Source: Candidatus Hydrogenedentota bacterium (lineage in GTDB: Bacteria; Hydrogenedentota; Hydrogenedentia; Hydrogenedentales; SLHB01). Taken from it: a DNA stretch of 24,228 nt. The stretch's first letter is position 1; each line of letters starts with the position of its first letter. The translations under genes were made by a program, and so were the position numbers. Where the stretch lies: positions 1-24,228 of the forward strand of contig JAWXCN010000085.1 of NCBI GenBank assembly GCA_034408725.1, read 5' to 3'. The notes below the pieces were generated by a model that was not told the origin of the DNA, did no database searches, and saw nothing but the letters and a program-made list of their open reading frames with translations. Shown here piece after piece: positions 1-10,416 of the stretch.

Positions 1-20
1 CCTTTCCGTTGGCCCAAGTA

Positions 21-163
21 AAAGCGGCGCTGACACGCCGCACTCCAAGGCGCGGCCAACTGACGACTAAAATCCGCGCGGAGCGCCTTGGACTGCGGTT
101 GCGGGTAGCTACCGCTTTCCATTTCCTGGGCAAGGTCGCATCACAATTAAGCGCGATTGTCCT
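21..163. repeat. REP-like palindrome pair, cluster 1 (reverse unit 21-53, forward unit 83-118) plus a conserved 3' flank
   Basis: AAAGCGGCG...CGCCGCACTCCAAGGCGC (21-53) is an inverted copy of GCGCCTTGGACTGCGG...CCGCTTT (83-118). Positions 70-163 align ungapped with 24095-24188. Confidence 0.8.
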
Positions 164-185
164 CAGTTTCTGTCACTGGAATAAA

Positions 186-215
186 TTGACGATCTTACGT
201 CGCACGTGATATGAC
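186..215 (+). promoter_or_regulatory. Possible sigma70 promoter for the metalloprotease
   Basis: TTGACG (186-191), 18 bp spacer, TATGAC (210-215) preceded by TG-n. The -10 is weak. Confidence 0.3.
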
Positions 216-259
216 TACCATAGCGGAAGATGTGGGTCATTGGCACGGGTAGTTCATAA

Positions 260-3200
260 ATGACATTTACACGTTTCGCGCTGCTTCCAGTCCTCTTGGT
301 GGGTGTTTTGAACTGGCCGTTTGGCGTCCACTCATCATTACACAAAATCGGTTTCTGGACTACTTCCACCGCTATCGGCGCCACGGGGGAATCTAAGGGA
401 AGCCCCATCCCCGATATTCGTGTAGAACCCACGTCACTCACCTTTGATTGCGGCGGGAAAATGGCCGGAGGCGTAGCGCCAGCCGTATCGCTTTTCGCGC
501 TCTCCACCATCAAATCGTCCGGGCCGAATGCGCCGATAAACGTCCAGATTGCCCCGGAAGGCTTGCGCGCTGCCGCCGCGTTGAAATCCGCGGTTTTCAT
601 GGATGTGCCGTTGGCGGACGGTTCAATCGAAGATTTTGCGGTCACCCGGTTCGATGTGTTCACTGCGGACGCGAAGGTGGTCTCGACAGACGGCGCTACG
701 GAACGCGCGCTGCCTGTTCCCCAGGCGAGTTACTTCGACGGGCATGGCTTAAACGACCCGGACAAACACATTTTTCTGTCAATCGTCGAAGGCCGCGACG
801 TGTGGATGATGGTTTCCTCTTCGCTGATCGGCACATCGGCGCTCGGCCCGGATACAACTGAGGGCAAGAGCAGCGGCGAACATACCCTCGTGCGCGTGGA
901 GGATTTCGGAAGTTCTGGCTTCGAATGTTTCGCGGACGCGCTGCCCGAAAATGCCGCGAAGCTGGTGCGATTCGCCGAACCCTCCGCAAGCGCGGCAAAA
1001 TCGACAGACCTCCTTGAGACCGAAGTATTGGTCGACGTGGGCAACGGTCTATACAGGAACAGGTTTGGCTCAAGCTCTTCCTCCGCCACTACCTATGTTG
1101 GAAATCTTTTTGGCGCCGTCTCGTCCATCTACCGACGGGACACCAATATCAACGTCCGGATTAAACAGCTTGTCGTTTGGACAAGCGCGGACCCGTTTGG
1201 AGGCGGCGACTCTGACGAGCAACTCGATGCATATGTAACCTATAACAATAACAACCGGCCGATCGTGCAACGGGACCTTTGTCATCTGCTGGCCGATCTG
1301 GATTTCGCCGGCGGAATTGCCTACCTCGATGTCCTGTGCGACAAGGATTTTGGATACGCAGTGAGCAATATCGATACGGGCTACAGTTTCCCGCCCGTGG
1401 GATATGTATGGGACGTAGACGTGGTTGCGCATGAAACCGGCCACAATTTCGGCAGCCCGCACACCCATTGCTATTCACCGCCCATTGATTGTTGCTTTCA
1501 GCAATCAGGCTGCAGCGGTTGTCCAAACGCTGTTCCGCAGGTCGGCACTATCATGAGTTACTGCCATATCACGCCATTCCTGAGCCAACTGCGCTTCGAT
1601 ACGCGCGTCGCGACGCTCATACGCCAAAATGCCGAGGCGGCGTCTTGCATCACGCCAGTGTTAAGCGGCAACGAGTTCATCATCTACAACGAAGGCAGCG
1701 GCGCCTTGCAGGTCACATCGATGGCCCCGGTAGCCTCCGCGCCCTGGCTGACACTGTCGCCGCCGGTGCCATTTACGGTAGGAACGGGCGCGATACAAAT
1801 TGTTGAAGTAAACGTCAATTGCAACGGCGTCCCTTCCAGTGGCGCAACGGCCTTTGTGCGAATCAACTCCAACGATCCAAATGAGAGCCCATACCCCGGC
1901 GACGTGCAGATCACGGTAATTGGCGATTGCCTCCTCGAAGTATCACCCGCAGAAAACTCTTTCGACATCGAAGGAGGAACGGGAACGATAGACGTGATCG
2001 CGGAATGCGAATGGACGGCAGAATCGGACCAACCCTGGGCGCAAATCACTTCGGGAACCTCCGGGGACGGAGACGGCACGATCAATTATTCGGTCGCCGC
2101 GAATGGGACCACGGGCACGCGCACCGCGCACATCATCGTGCCGGGAAGCGCCCAGGTTCACACCATTACCCAGGAAGGCATTCCGTGTACCTATAGCATT
2201 GCCGCAACCAGCGGAACGAGTTTCCCCTCCAGCGGGGGATCCGGGACCATCGGAATGACAAGTCTCGACGGGTGCGCGTGGACCGCGCAAGCGGACAAAA
2301 CCTGGGTGAGTTTTCCCCTGGGCGCATCAGGCGTCGGCAGCGGGACCATCCACTACGACGTGAATTCAAACGGCACGTTGGCATCGCGCACCGCCAAGAT
2401 TACTGTTCCCGGAGCGGCGCAGGAAATTGTCATTACGCAGTCGGGACTTACCTGCACGTATCAATTCTCCTCGAGCAACGTCACCTATTCGGGTGCGGGT
2501 GGTTCAGGAACGGTCTCGTTACTTAGTTCTTCGCCATGTTTCTGGTCGCTGGAATCAGACCAGCCCTGGTTGCAAATCACTTCCAACGGTTCGGGAAGCG
2601 GGACCAAAGTCGTCGGGTACACCGTACTTCCGAATGAAACGCTTTCATCGAGAACGGCAAACCTCATCGTCGAAGGCACGTTGACGACATTTTTCGTGTT
2701 CCAGGGTCCAGTGGAATGCGGCTACGATTTCGATCCGAACAATGTCGTCATTTCCGCCTCGGGCGGAACCGGCGTAGTCAGCCTGGACACGCAGGCGCCT
2801 TGTGAATGGACTGCCGTATCGGACCAATCCTGGCTTACGCTCACCTCGGCGACCTCGGGGACGGGCGACGCCAACATTCAGTATTCCGTGGATGCGACAA
2901 CGTCCGGTTTCGCGCGTACCGCGCATATCTCGGTTGGAGACGTTGAATTCCTCGTAGCGCAGGAAGGGTTGTCCTGCAATTTCCAATTGTGGCCGCCGGC
3001 GACAAATTTCGGGTTCAACGGCGGCGCAGGCACGGTAAACGTTCAAGCTCTCGCCGTTTGTGATTGGACCGCTGAATCGAGCGCGGATTGGGTGACCATC
3101 ACCTCCGGCGCGAACGGCACCGGAAACGGCGCCCCTGCGTATTCGGTAGCGCCAAATCTGTCCATCGCATCGCGAATGGCGACAATCACCATTCCGGGCA

Positions 3201-3535
3201 CGGCGATCTCTCATACCATTTCGCAGGGCGGCTCGAACTGCCTCGAAGGCGTGAAATGGCCCGATGGCGGCGAGAGCTGGAAGCAGAATGCAAAACGCAA
3301 GGTTTCGTGGGAGCAGGGGTGTCTCCCGTGTTCCGAAATCGTGATCGAATTGTGGCGGAATGGCGCCAAGGTCAAATTGCTCAAGAAGGCCGGCCCGAAT
3401 GACGGCAAGCAAAAAGTCACAATGAAATCTTCGATCAAACCCGATAACGGGTACAAAATACGGATTCGCTGCGCCACCGATCCTTCCAAATTTGTCGAGA
3501 GCGATTCGAACTTCTCAGTAACTGCGGCGCGATGA
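260..3535 (+). CDS. Secreted M12B (reprolysin-like) zinc metalloprotease with an Ig-like domain, five BACON repeats and a C-terminal Kre9/KNH-like Ig domain
   Basis: 1091 aa ORF with a hydrophobic N-terminal signal. Metzincin motif HETGHNFGSPH (1430-1462) followed by a Met-turn GTIMSY. Five repeats of C..W...SDxxW...R.A.I.....I.Q at about 1928-3230. C-terminal WPDGGESW...YKIRI...SDSNFSV domain. Confidence 0.9.
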   Translation: MTFTRFALLPVLLVGVLNWPFGVHSSLHKIGFWTTSTAIGATGESKGSPIPDIRVEPTSLTFDCGGKMAGGVAPAVSLFALSTIKSSGPNAPINVQIAPEGLRAAAALKSAVFMDVPLADGSIEDFAVTRFDVFTADAKVVSTDGATERALPVPQASYFDGHGLNDPDKHIFLSIVEGRDVWMMVSSSLIGTSALGPDTTEGKSSGEHTLVRVEDFGSSGFECFADALPENAAKLVRFAEPSASAAKSTDLLETEVLVDVGNGLYRNRFGSSSSSATTYVGNLFGAVSSIYRRDTNINVRIKQLVVWTSADPFGGGDSDEQLDAYVTYNNNNRPIVQRDLCHLLADLDFAGGIAYLDVLCDKDFGYAVSNIDTGYSFPPVGYVWDVDVVAHETGHNFGSPHTHCYSPPIDCCFQQSGCSGCPNAVPQVGTIMSYCHITPFLSQLRFDTRVATLIRQNAEAASCITPVLSGNEFIIYNEGSGALQVTSMAPVASAPWLTLSPPVPFTVGTGAIQIVEVNVNCNGVPSSGATAFVRINSNDPNESPYPGDVQITVIGDCLLEVSPAENSFDIEGGTGTIDVIAECEWTAESDQPWAQITSGTSGDGDGTINYSVAANGTTGTRTAHIIVPGSAQVHTITQEGIPCTYSIAATSGTSFPSSGGSGTIGMTSLDGCAWTAQADKTWVSFPLGASGVGSGTIHYDVNSNGTLASRTAKITVPGAAQEIVITQSGLTCTYQFSSSNVTYSGAGGSGTVSLLSSSPCFWSLESDQPWLQITSNGSGSGTKVVGYTVLPNETLSSRTANLIVEGTLTTFFVFQGPVECGYDFDPNNVVISASGGTGVVSLDTQAPCEWTAVSDQSWLTLTSATSGTGDANIQYSVDATTSGFARTAHISVGDVEFLVAQEGLSCNFQLWPPATNFGFNGGAGTVNVQALAVCDWTAESSADWVTITSGANGTGNGAPAYSVAPNLSIASRMATITIPGTAISHTISQGGSNCLEGVKWPDGGESWKQNAKRKVSWEQGCLPCSEIVIELWRNGAKVKLLKKAGPNDGKQKVTMKSSIKPDNGYKIRIRCATDPSKFVESDSNFSVTAAR

Positions 3536-3702
3536 TTCCGGTTGCGAGTCCTCCCGCCACCTACTGTCTACCGGCAGTTCCTTACTGGATTCCTGCCCGG
3601 TGCGTTGTAATCTGGCGCTGAGTTTTCCCGGTACGAATTAAGCCATGTGTGTTTAGACGGATAGGTACGATAGGCGCCGCACTTCACGAAGTACGATGTT
3701 TT

Positions 3703-3943
3703 TAGGAAGAAGCCCATTTGGACTGCGGCGGCCCCCAAGGCGCCGCTTTGGCTATTTATCACAGTCGACCTACCCCCTTACCCTGCGCGCACGACGTCCT
3801 CTCCCATAAACAGCCAAAGCGGTGTCTACGCTACCCGCTCCGCCACCGCAGTCCAAATAGTCCATCTCCCAGCATGGTCCTCCTCCCAAAACGACGTTAT
3901 AGGAAGAAGCCCATTTGGACTGCGGCGGCCCCCAAGGCGCCGC
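3703..3943. repeat. REP/REPIN (BIME-like) cluster 2: forward unit 3716-3759, reverse unit 3806-3858, truncated forward unit 3913-3943
   Basis: ATTTGGACTGCGGCGGCCCCCAAGGCGCCGC occurs twice here, with an inverted unit ATAAACAGCCAAAGCGG...CCGCAGTCCAAAT between them. A closely similar block lies at 12781-13122. Confidence 0.88.
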
Positions 3944-3966
3944 GAGTTTTTCTTGGTTTCCCGCGC

Positions 3967-3995
3967 TGGACATTCCTGCACACAAGGTCTATCGT
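3967..3995 (+). promoter_or_regulatory. Putative sigma70 promoter of the TPR membrane gene
   Basis: TGGACA, 17 bp spacer, TATCGT, ending 46 nt before the ATG at 4042. Confidence 0.45.
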
Positions 3996-4041
3996 AAAGC
4001 TGTATCGGGGTGTACGACGGGGGTTGCCTGACTGGCTTGGC

Positions 4042-4782
4042 ATGGTAGGCTTCGATCTGACATGGGTCCTTTCGGGCCTTTTTTTGATCCCATATCTGCT
4101 GTGGGGCATCTACCTGTTGCGGCAGCAATTGGTTCATGATGTCGAGTTGGACAGGGCCGTCGAGACGTTTACTTTCGTATTTCTGGTCCTGTTTTTTATC
4201 TTCGAGTTTACCCTCATTAAAATATGGCTCGACGATTCCCCTGTTGCGCTGGTCTTTGCGACGCTGGCGCTGGTCATTTCCGCGTTTGCGTTGTATGGGC
4301 CCCTGTTGATGTCTTTCGGATCGCACCTGCTCGTTGACCTCCTCATGCCCGCCGGCAAACACCATGACGACGTGCCACGCTATGGTTCCGCCGAAAGCTT
4401 CGAGACCCGCGGCGATTACGAGGGGGCTGCGCGGGAATACATTTCCATCGCGAGGCAATTCCCAGAGGAACGCCGGGCCGCGCTCAGCGCGGCGGACAAT
4501 CTCGCCAAAATCGGGCAGGCCCAGGTTGCGGCACCCTGGTTCGAGTCGGCCCTCGAACTCACGAAAGATGCCGACGAGGCGCTTCGCATCGTCAACCGCC
4601 TGTCAGACATTTATGTAGACGAACTGAACCAGCCCCAGGAAGCTCGGGAGGTCCTGGAAGAATTTATCGAGCGCTTTCCCGAATCCGAGTACGCAGACTC
4701 CGTGCGGCGGCGCATCGACCGCCCGGCGGAAGAATCCTCAATCCCCTCTGCCCGGCGAATTGGTGACACGCTGCCCGGTTGA
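4042..4782 (+). CDS. Membrane protein with about 3 N-terminal TM helices and a C-terminal tetratricopeptide-repeat region
   Basis: Three hydrophobic segments are followed by TPR-like helices (GDYEGAAREY, AAPWFESAL, EAREVLEEFIERFPESEYA). The start was moved from 3718 because the upstream part only translates the REP cluster. Confidence 0.8.
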   Translation: MVGFDLTWVLSGLFLIPYLLWGIYLLRQQLVHDVELDRAVETFTFVFLVLFFIFEFTLIKIWLDDSPVALVFATLALVISAFALYGPLLMSFGSHLLVDLLMPAGKHHDDVPRYGSAESFETRGDYEGAAREYISIARQFPEERRAALSAADNLAKIGQAQVAAPWFESALELTKDADEALRIVNRLSDIYVDELNQPQEAREVLEEFIERFPESEYADSVRRRIDRPAEESSIPSARRIGDTLPG

Positions 4783-4827
4783 GCTTCGCTCGCCTCTCAG
4801 AATTATCGATATTATTGTCTCTTTCAT

Positions 4828-4856
4828 TTGCCAAACTCGCGAATCTGCGGTACACT
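4828..4856 (+). promoter_or_regulatory. Sigma70-type promoter
   Basis: TTGCCA (4828-4833), 17 bp spacer, TACACT (4851-4856), with AT-rich upstream sequence. Confidence 0.65.
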
Positions 4857-4916
4857 TAAGTGGAACTGTTCGGGTGCAACTCATAAGAGCCCGAAAACTG
4901 TGAAAAAGGGGTAATT

Positions 4917-5855
4917 GTGCAGTCCTATCGCGTTTGTGTTGCGGATGATCACGAAGACGCCGCATGCGTCCTTGTAGAAGGGTTAAAGCGCAACCACTAT
5001 AACGCCTTTTCCGTCCATACGGGGGCGGAAGCCATTGAAGCCTGTTCCAAAGGCGGTGTTGACCTAATCCTTCTCGACATTTGTTTTCCCGACATCGACG
5101 GGTATGAGGTGTGCCAGCGAATCAAGGAAATGCCCGCCGCGAATGACACTGTGGTGATTTTCGTCAGTGTGAAAGGCGCGCACGAGGATATTCTGCGTGG
5201 CTACCAGGCCGGCGCGGTCGATTACATCACCAAACCTTATAATCTGCCGATGGTTATGGTCCGTGTCGATGGCGCCATGCGCACGAAAAACATGCAGGAA
5301 CGCCTGCGGGAACAGGAAGAACTCGTCGATTCCGTTTACACCGACCACCTAACGGGCCTGCGCAATCGCCGATTCCTGCTCGAACGCCTGCAAGAGGAGG
5401 TCGAGGAAGCTTTCCGCCACGATTATCCTGTGTCGTGTGTCGTATTTGACGTGCACGAAATCAAGGCCATTGACGACGAACTGGGCCCTGTTTCACTCGA
5501 TGATTTGCTGGTTGAACTCGGTATGGCCCTGCGTAACTATTCGCGCACGTATGACGTGTTGGCGCGGTTCGATGGCACCATGTTCGCCGCAGTGCTCCCC
5601 CACACCCCGCTCGATCAGGCCACGAGCTATGCCAACAAAATCATGCGGGAGATCGACAGCACGACCTTCTCCGATCCGAGTTTCCCGACAGAGGTCCGCC
5701 TGACGGCGGGTGTGGTTTCCTGCAAAAATGGAAAACAGTTTGGCGCGGATTTCGTGCTCGGCGAAGCGATGCGCGGCCTGTTGCGCGCGAAGGGAAATTG
5801 CAATGGCGATGATCGCGTGTACGCCTTGAACCTCGCGGAAACTACTGTGACATAA
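4917..5855 (+). CDS. Response regulator with REC and degenerate GGDEF domains (PleD/WspR-like architecture, probably inactive as a cyclase)
   Basis: REC motifs ADD, LILLD, FVS and YITKP are present. GGDEF-fold start DHLTGLRNRR. The A-site reads DGTMF while the I-site RTYD is intact. GTG start follows AAAAGGGG. Confidence 0.88.
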   Translation: MQSYRVCVADDHEDAACVLVEGLKRNHYNAFSVHTGAEAIEACSKGGVDLILLDICFPDIDGYEVCQRIKEMPAANDTVVIFVSVKGAHEDILRGYQAGAVDYITKPYNLPMVMVRVDGAMRTKNMQERLREQEELVDSVYTDHLTGLRNRRFLLERLQEEVEEAFRHDYPVSCVVFDVHEIKAIDDELGPVSLDDLLVELGMALRNYSRTYDVLARFDGTMFAAVLPHTPLDQATSYANKIMREIDSTTFSDPSFPTEVRLTAGVVSCKNGKQFGADFVLGEAMRGLLRAKGNCNGDDRVYALNLAETTVT

Positions 5856-5880
5856 ACGAAATTTCTTCCGTCTGAAAAGC

Positions 5881-5922
5881 AAAAACGCGCGCAGGACCCA
5901 ATGGGTTCTGCGCGCGTTTTTT
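5881..5922. terminator. Bidirectional rho-independent terminator
   Basis: AAAAACGCGCGCAGGACCCA-A-TGGGTTCTGCGCGCGTTTTTT lies between convergent genes and has A/T tails on both sides. Confidence 0.9.
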
Positions 5923-5929
5923 GTATCAA

Positions 5930-7489
<1,560 letters not shown>

Positions 7490-7618
7490 TGATGTCCCTT
7501 TCATCCGTTGGAAATCCCGCGCGACTATTACGCCATGATGGGGCGGCGCGATCAAGTAATGGCTGCTGGCGCCAGGAAGTTCCGAAAGAGGAAAAATCTA
7601 CCGACCCGTAAATAGGAC

Positions 7619-7648
7619 TTGCGTTTCCCATTCTACCCTTCTCATAAT
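7619..7648 (+). promoter_or_regulatory. Putative sigma70 promoter of the acyl-CoA dehydrogenase operon
   Basis: TTGCGT, 18 bp spacer, CATAAT. Confidence 0.5.
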
Positions 7649-7696
7649 AGTTCCCCGGGTATTCGTTGCATCCCCTACACCCGAGAGAGGATCGCC

Positions 7697-9589
7697 ATGA
7701 GCCAACACACCAGTGAACTCGAATCCCGCAAGGTCGCGGAAGAATCACGGCAGACGGAGTGGCAGCAAAGTTTTCTGCGGGAACTGTTCCTCGGCAACTT
7801 CCGTCCCGATCTATTGCCGGAGTATCCCATTGATGGCACGCGCCCGGAGTTCAAACCGCTGTACGAAAAACTGCGGCACTTCTTTGGGCATGAGGTTGAC
7901 CCCGTCGAGATCGATGAAACCGGAGAGTATCCGCAGCATGTGCTGGATGCGCTGACTGATATGGGCGCGTTCGGGTTGCTGGTCCCGAAGGAATACGGTG
8001 GTCACGGCTTGAACAAGATCGAATGGTGCCGGTTGATGGAGATGCTCGCGAGTTTCGAGGGCAACCTGCTGGGCCTTCTTTCGCCGCACCAGTCCGTCGG
8101 CGTTCCGGAGACCATCAAGCAGTTCGGCACGCCGGAGCAGAAACAGAAATATCTCACGCGCTGCGCCGCGGGCGATATTTCCGCGTTCGCTTTGACCGAG
8201 CCGGATGTCGGCTCCGATCCCGCGCGCCTCGCTACCACCGCCACGCTCACACCCGAGGGCGATGCCTACATTCTCAATGGCGTGAAACTCTGGTGTACAA
8301 ACGGCACGCTGGCGAAACTACTCATCGTCATGGCGAAACATTCAGACACGAAGAAGATCAGCGCGTTCGTCGTCGAGACCGATTGGCCAGGGGTCGAAGT
8401 GATCCACCGTTGCCGGTTCATGGGCCTGCGCGCGCTGGCAAATGGCGTCATGGAATTCAAGAACGTGCGCGTGCCGAAAGACTGCCTTGTCGGTGGTGAA
8501 GGCAAGGGATTGAAGATAGCCCTGACCGTGCTGAATGTGGGCCGGTTGTCCGTACCCGCGGGCGCGGTGGGCACCGCGAAAAAATGCATCGAGATTTGCC
8601 GGAAGTGGGCGAATGAACGCGTGCAGTGGGGACGTCCCATCGGCAAGCACGAAGCCATCTCACACATGATCTCCGACATGACCGCGAACGCGTTCGCAAT
8701 GGACGCCATTGCGTATCTCGCGGCGGAAATGGCCGTGCGCGGTAACTACGATATCCGGTTGGAGGCCGCGGCCGCGAAAGAATGGAACACGTGCCGCGCA
8801 TGGGAAATCGTCGACAACACATTCCAGATTCGCGGTGGACGCGGCTACGAAACCGAGCGGTCGCTTGCAGCGCGGGGCGAACAGCCTATCGGCGTCGAAC
8901 GGATGATGCGCGACACGCGCATCACCAAGGTGTTCGAGGGCGCGAGTGAGATTATGCACCTGTTCATGGCGCGAGAGGCCGTGGACAAACATTTACAGGT
9001 CGCAGGCGACATGGTTGACCCGGAAGCGCCGTCGAGCAAGAAGATGTCCGCGCTTCCGAAAGCCGCGGCGTTTTATGCGCTGTGGTATCCCACGCGCTGG
9101 ATTCCGCGCGCGCGATGGCAACGGCTGGATACGCACCAACAAGACTTCGGAGCGCTGGCCACGCACATGCGGTTTATCGAGCGCAATTCCCGAAAGCTCG
9201 CGCGCGAAATTTTCCATGGCATGCTAAGATACCAGGCGAAGCTGCAAAACAAACAAGTGTTTCTGTTTCGCACCGTGGATATCGCGATGGAACTGTTCGC
9301 GATGGCCTGCGCCATCCGCCGCGCGCGCACGTTGGAGGCAAAGAAGCATGCCGACGCCGCGAACGCCCTCGAACTTGCCGATATGTTTTGCATGTCTGCG
9401 CGGCGCAAGGTGCTGCGCCTGTTCCATGATCTTTGGCATAACGACGACGACTCAAAATACCGCACAGCACTCGCGGTACTCGACGGGAAACATTCTTGGC
9501 TCGAACGCGGGATTCTCGCGGATGAAGATGTCGCGTTTCCCGCGTCGCTGGTGGATGCCGCGGAACACGAACATGTCTCGATCAAATAA
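7697..9589 (+). CDS. Acyl-CoA dehydrogenase, long ACAD9/VLCAD-like type
   Basis: Motifs AFALTEPDVGSD, LNGVKLWCTNG, RVQWGRPIG, GGRGY and VFEGASEI, plus a C-terminal extension. ATG 7697 follows GAGAGG. Confidence 0.93.
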   Translation: MSQHTSELESRKVAEESRQTEWQQSFLRELFLGNFRPDLLPEYPIDGTRPEFKPLYEKLRHFFGHEVDPVEIDETGEYPQHVLDALTDMGAFGLLVPKEYGGHGLNKIEWCRLMEMLASFEGNLLGLLSPHQSVGVPETIKQFGTPEQKQKYLTRCAAGDISAFALTEPDVGSDPARLATTATLTPEGDAYILNGVKLWCTNGTLAKLLIVMAKHSDTKKISAFVVETDWPGVEVIHRCRFMGLRALANGVMEFKNVRVPKDCLVGGEGKGLKIALTVLNVGRLSVPAGAVGTAKKCIEICRKWANERVQWGRPIGKHEAISHMISDMTANAFAMDAIAYLAAEMAVRGNYDIRLEAAAAKEWNTCRAWEIVDNTFQIRGGRGYETERSLAARGEQPIGVERMMRDTRITKVFEGASEIMHLFMAREAVDKHLQVAGDMVDPEAPSSKKMSALPKAAAFYALWYPTRWIPRARWQRLDTHQQDFGALATHMRFIERNSRKLAREIFHGMLRYQAKLQNKQVFLFRTVDIAMELFAMACAIRRARTLEAKKHADAANALELADMFCMSARRKVLRLFHDLWHNDDDSKYRTALAVLDGKHSWLERGILADEDVAFPASLVDAAEHEHVSIK

Positions 9590-10407
9590 CGTTCTGTCAC
9601 CAACTCGCGTAAGAAAGGCGCAATGGTGCATCGTGATTTTTCTTGTTGGACATAGCTGCTACTCATTTGCTCTGGAATCCGGTATCTATCAACTCTCCAA
9701 TGGCGTTCCAACTGAAATTATCGCGGATCCATTAGACCGCGCAAATTTGAAGTCATTGCGGAACGACAATTCACTGTATCAACTTACGCTCGAGCGGGAT
9801 GATGGTTTTTCCATTCAAAATGAAGCGGCCGCGCTCGTGATTGAAGATCGCGTTATTCGTTGCGGTTACCACGGCGGAAACGATAGTTCGCTTACCAAGT
9901 TGTACGCGGGTATTCACGGTGAAGATGTAGATCTGGTCGCAGCGCTTTTTCGAATCACGCCTCAAAACCGGGTGCACCCTGGTCACCAGTTAACCGCTAA
10001 GTTCGTCCCGGACAAGGAATCGTTTGCTCCTGGAGAGCGCGTGACGCGCCCGACTTGTTATTTCAAACGTGGGCCAGGAAGATTTTATTTTTGTGCAAGG
10101 CGGACGAAACCGTGGCGCCCGTGACAATCAGTTTTCATTTTCCGCGACACTATCCGGACAAACAAAACCTGGTCCGGTAACGGACATCGGTGATTCCATG
10201 CATATGGGAGGAATCGGTACTTGGGTAACCATTAAACCGGGCGAATACCACGAAATCCATGTAAATTTGTCACACTGGTTTGGTTTTAAAGTGCCGGGCT
10301 CTTACCAAATTCACGGGAGCTATTATATGAGCGTCTGCACTCCGGATACACACGAAACACTGTGGGAAGACTTTGTATGTGCGGAGTTCGAAGTCGTTGT
10401 TAAGTAA
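9573..10407 (+). pseudogene. Secreted hypothetical protein split by a single-base frameshift near 10045-10050 (pseudogene or sequencing error)
   Basis: Signal-like N-terminus MSRSNN...WCIVIFLVGHSCYSFA. The first frame reads DKESFAPGERVT, and removing one base continues ARLVISNVGQEDFIFVQGG to TAA 10407, giving 277 aa. Confidence 0.7.
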
Positions 10408-10416
10408 AATTCGCCC

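Noticed and set aside
3536-3700. Possible riboswitch or ncRNA downstream of the protease
   Set aside because: Only weak pairing and no recognisable aptamer consensus. The CGCCGCACTTCA near 3675 is more likely a decayed REP unit.
3703-3943. CRISPR array interpretation of the repeated ATTTGGACTGCGGCGG... units (also at 12813-13035)
   Set aside because: The units alternate in orientation, the linkers are conserved rather than unique, the spacing is about 180-200 nt, and there are no cas genes.
3718-4041. N-terminal extension of the 354-aa ORF
   Set aside because: It is a translation of the REP cluster, and a promoter-like sequence at 3967-3995 supports the start at 4042.
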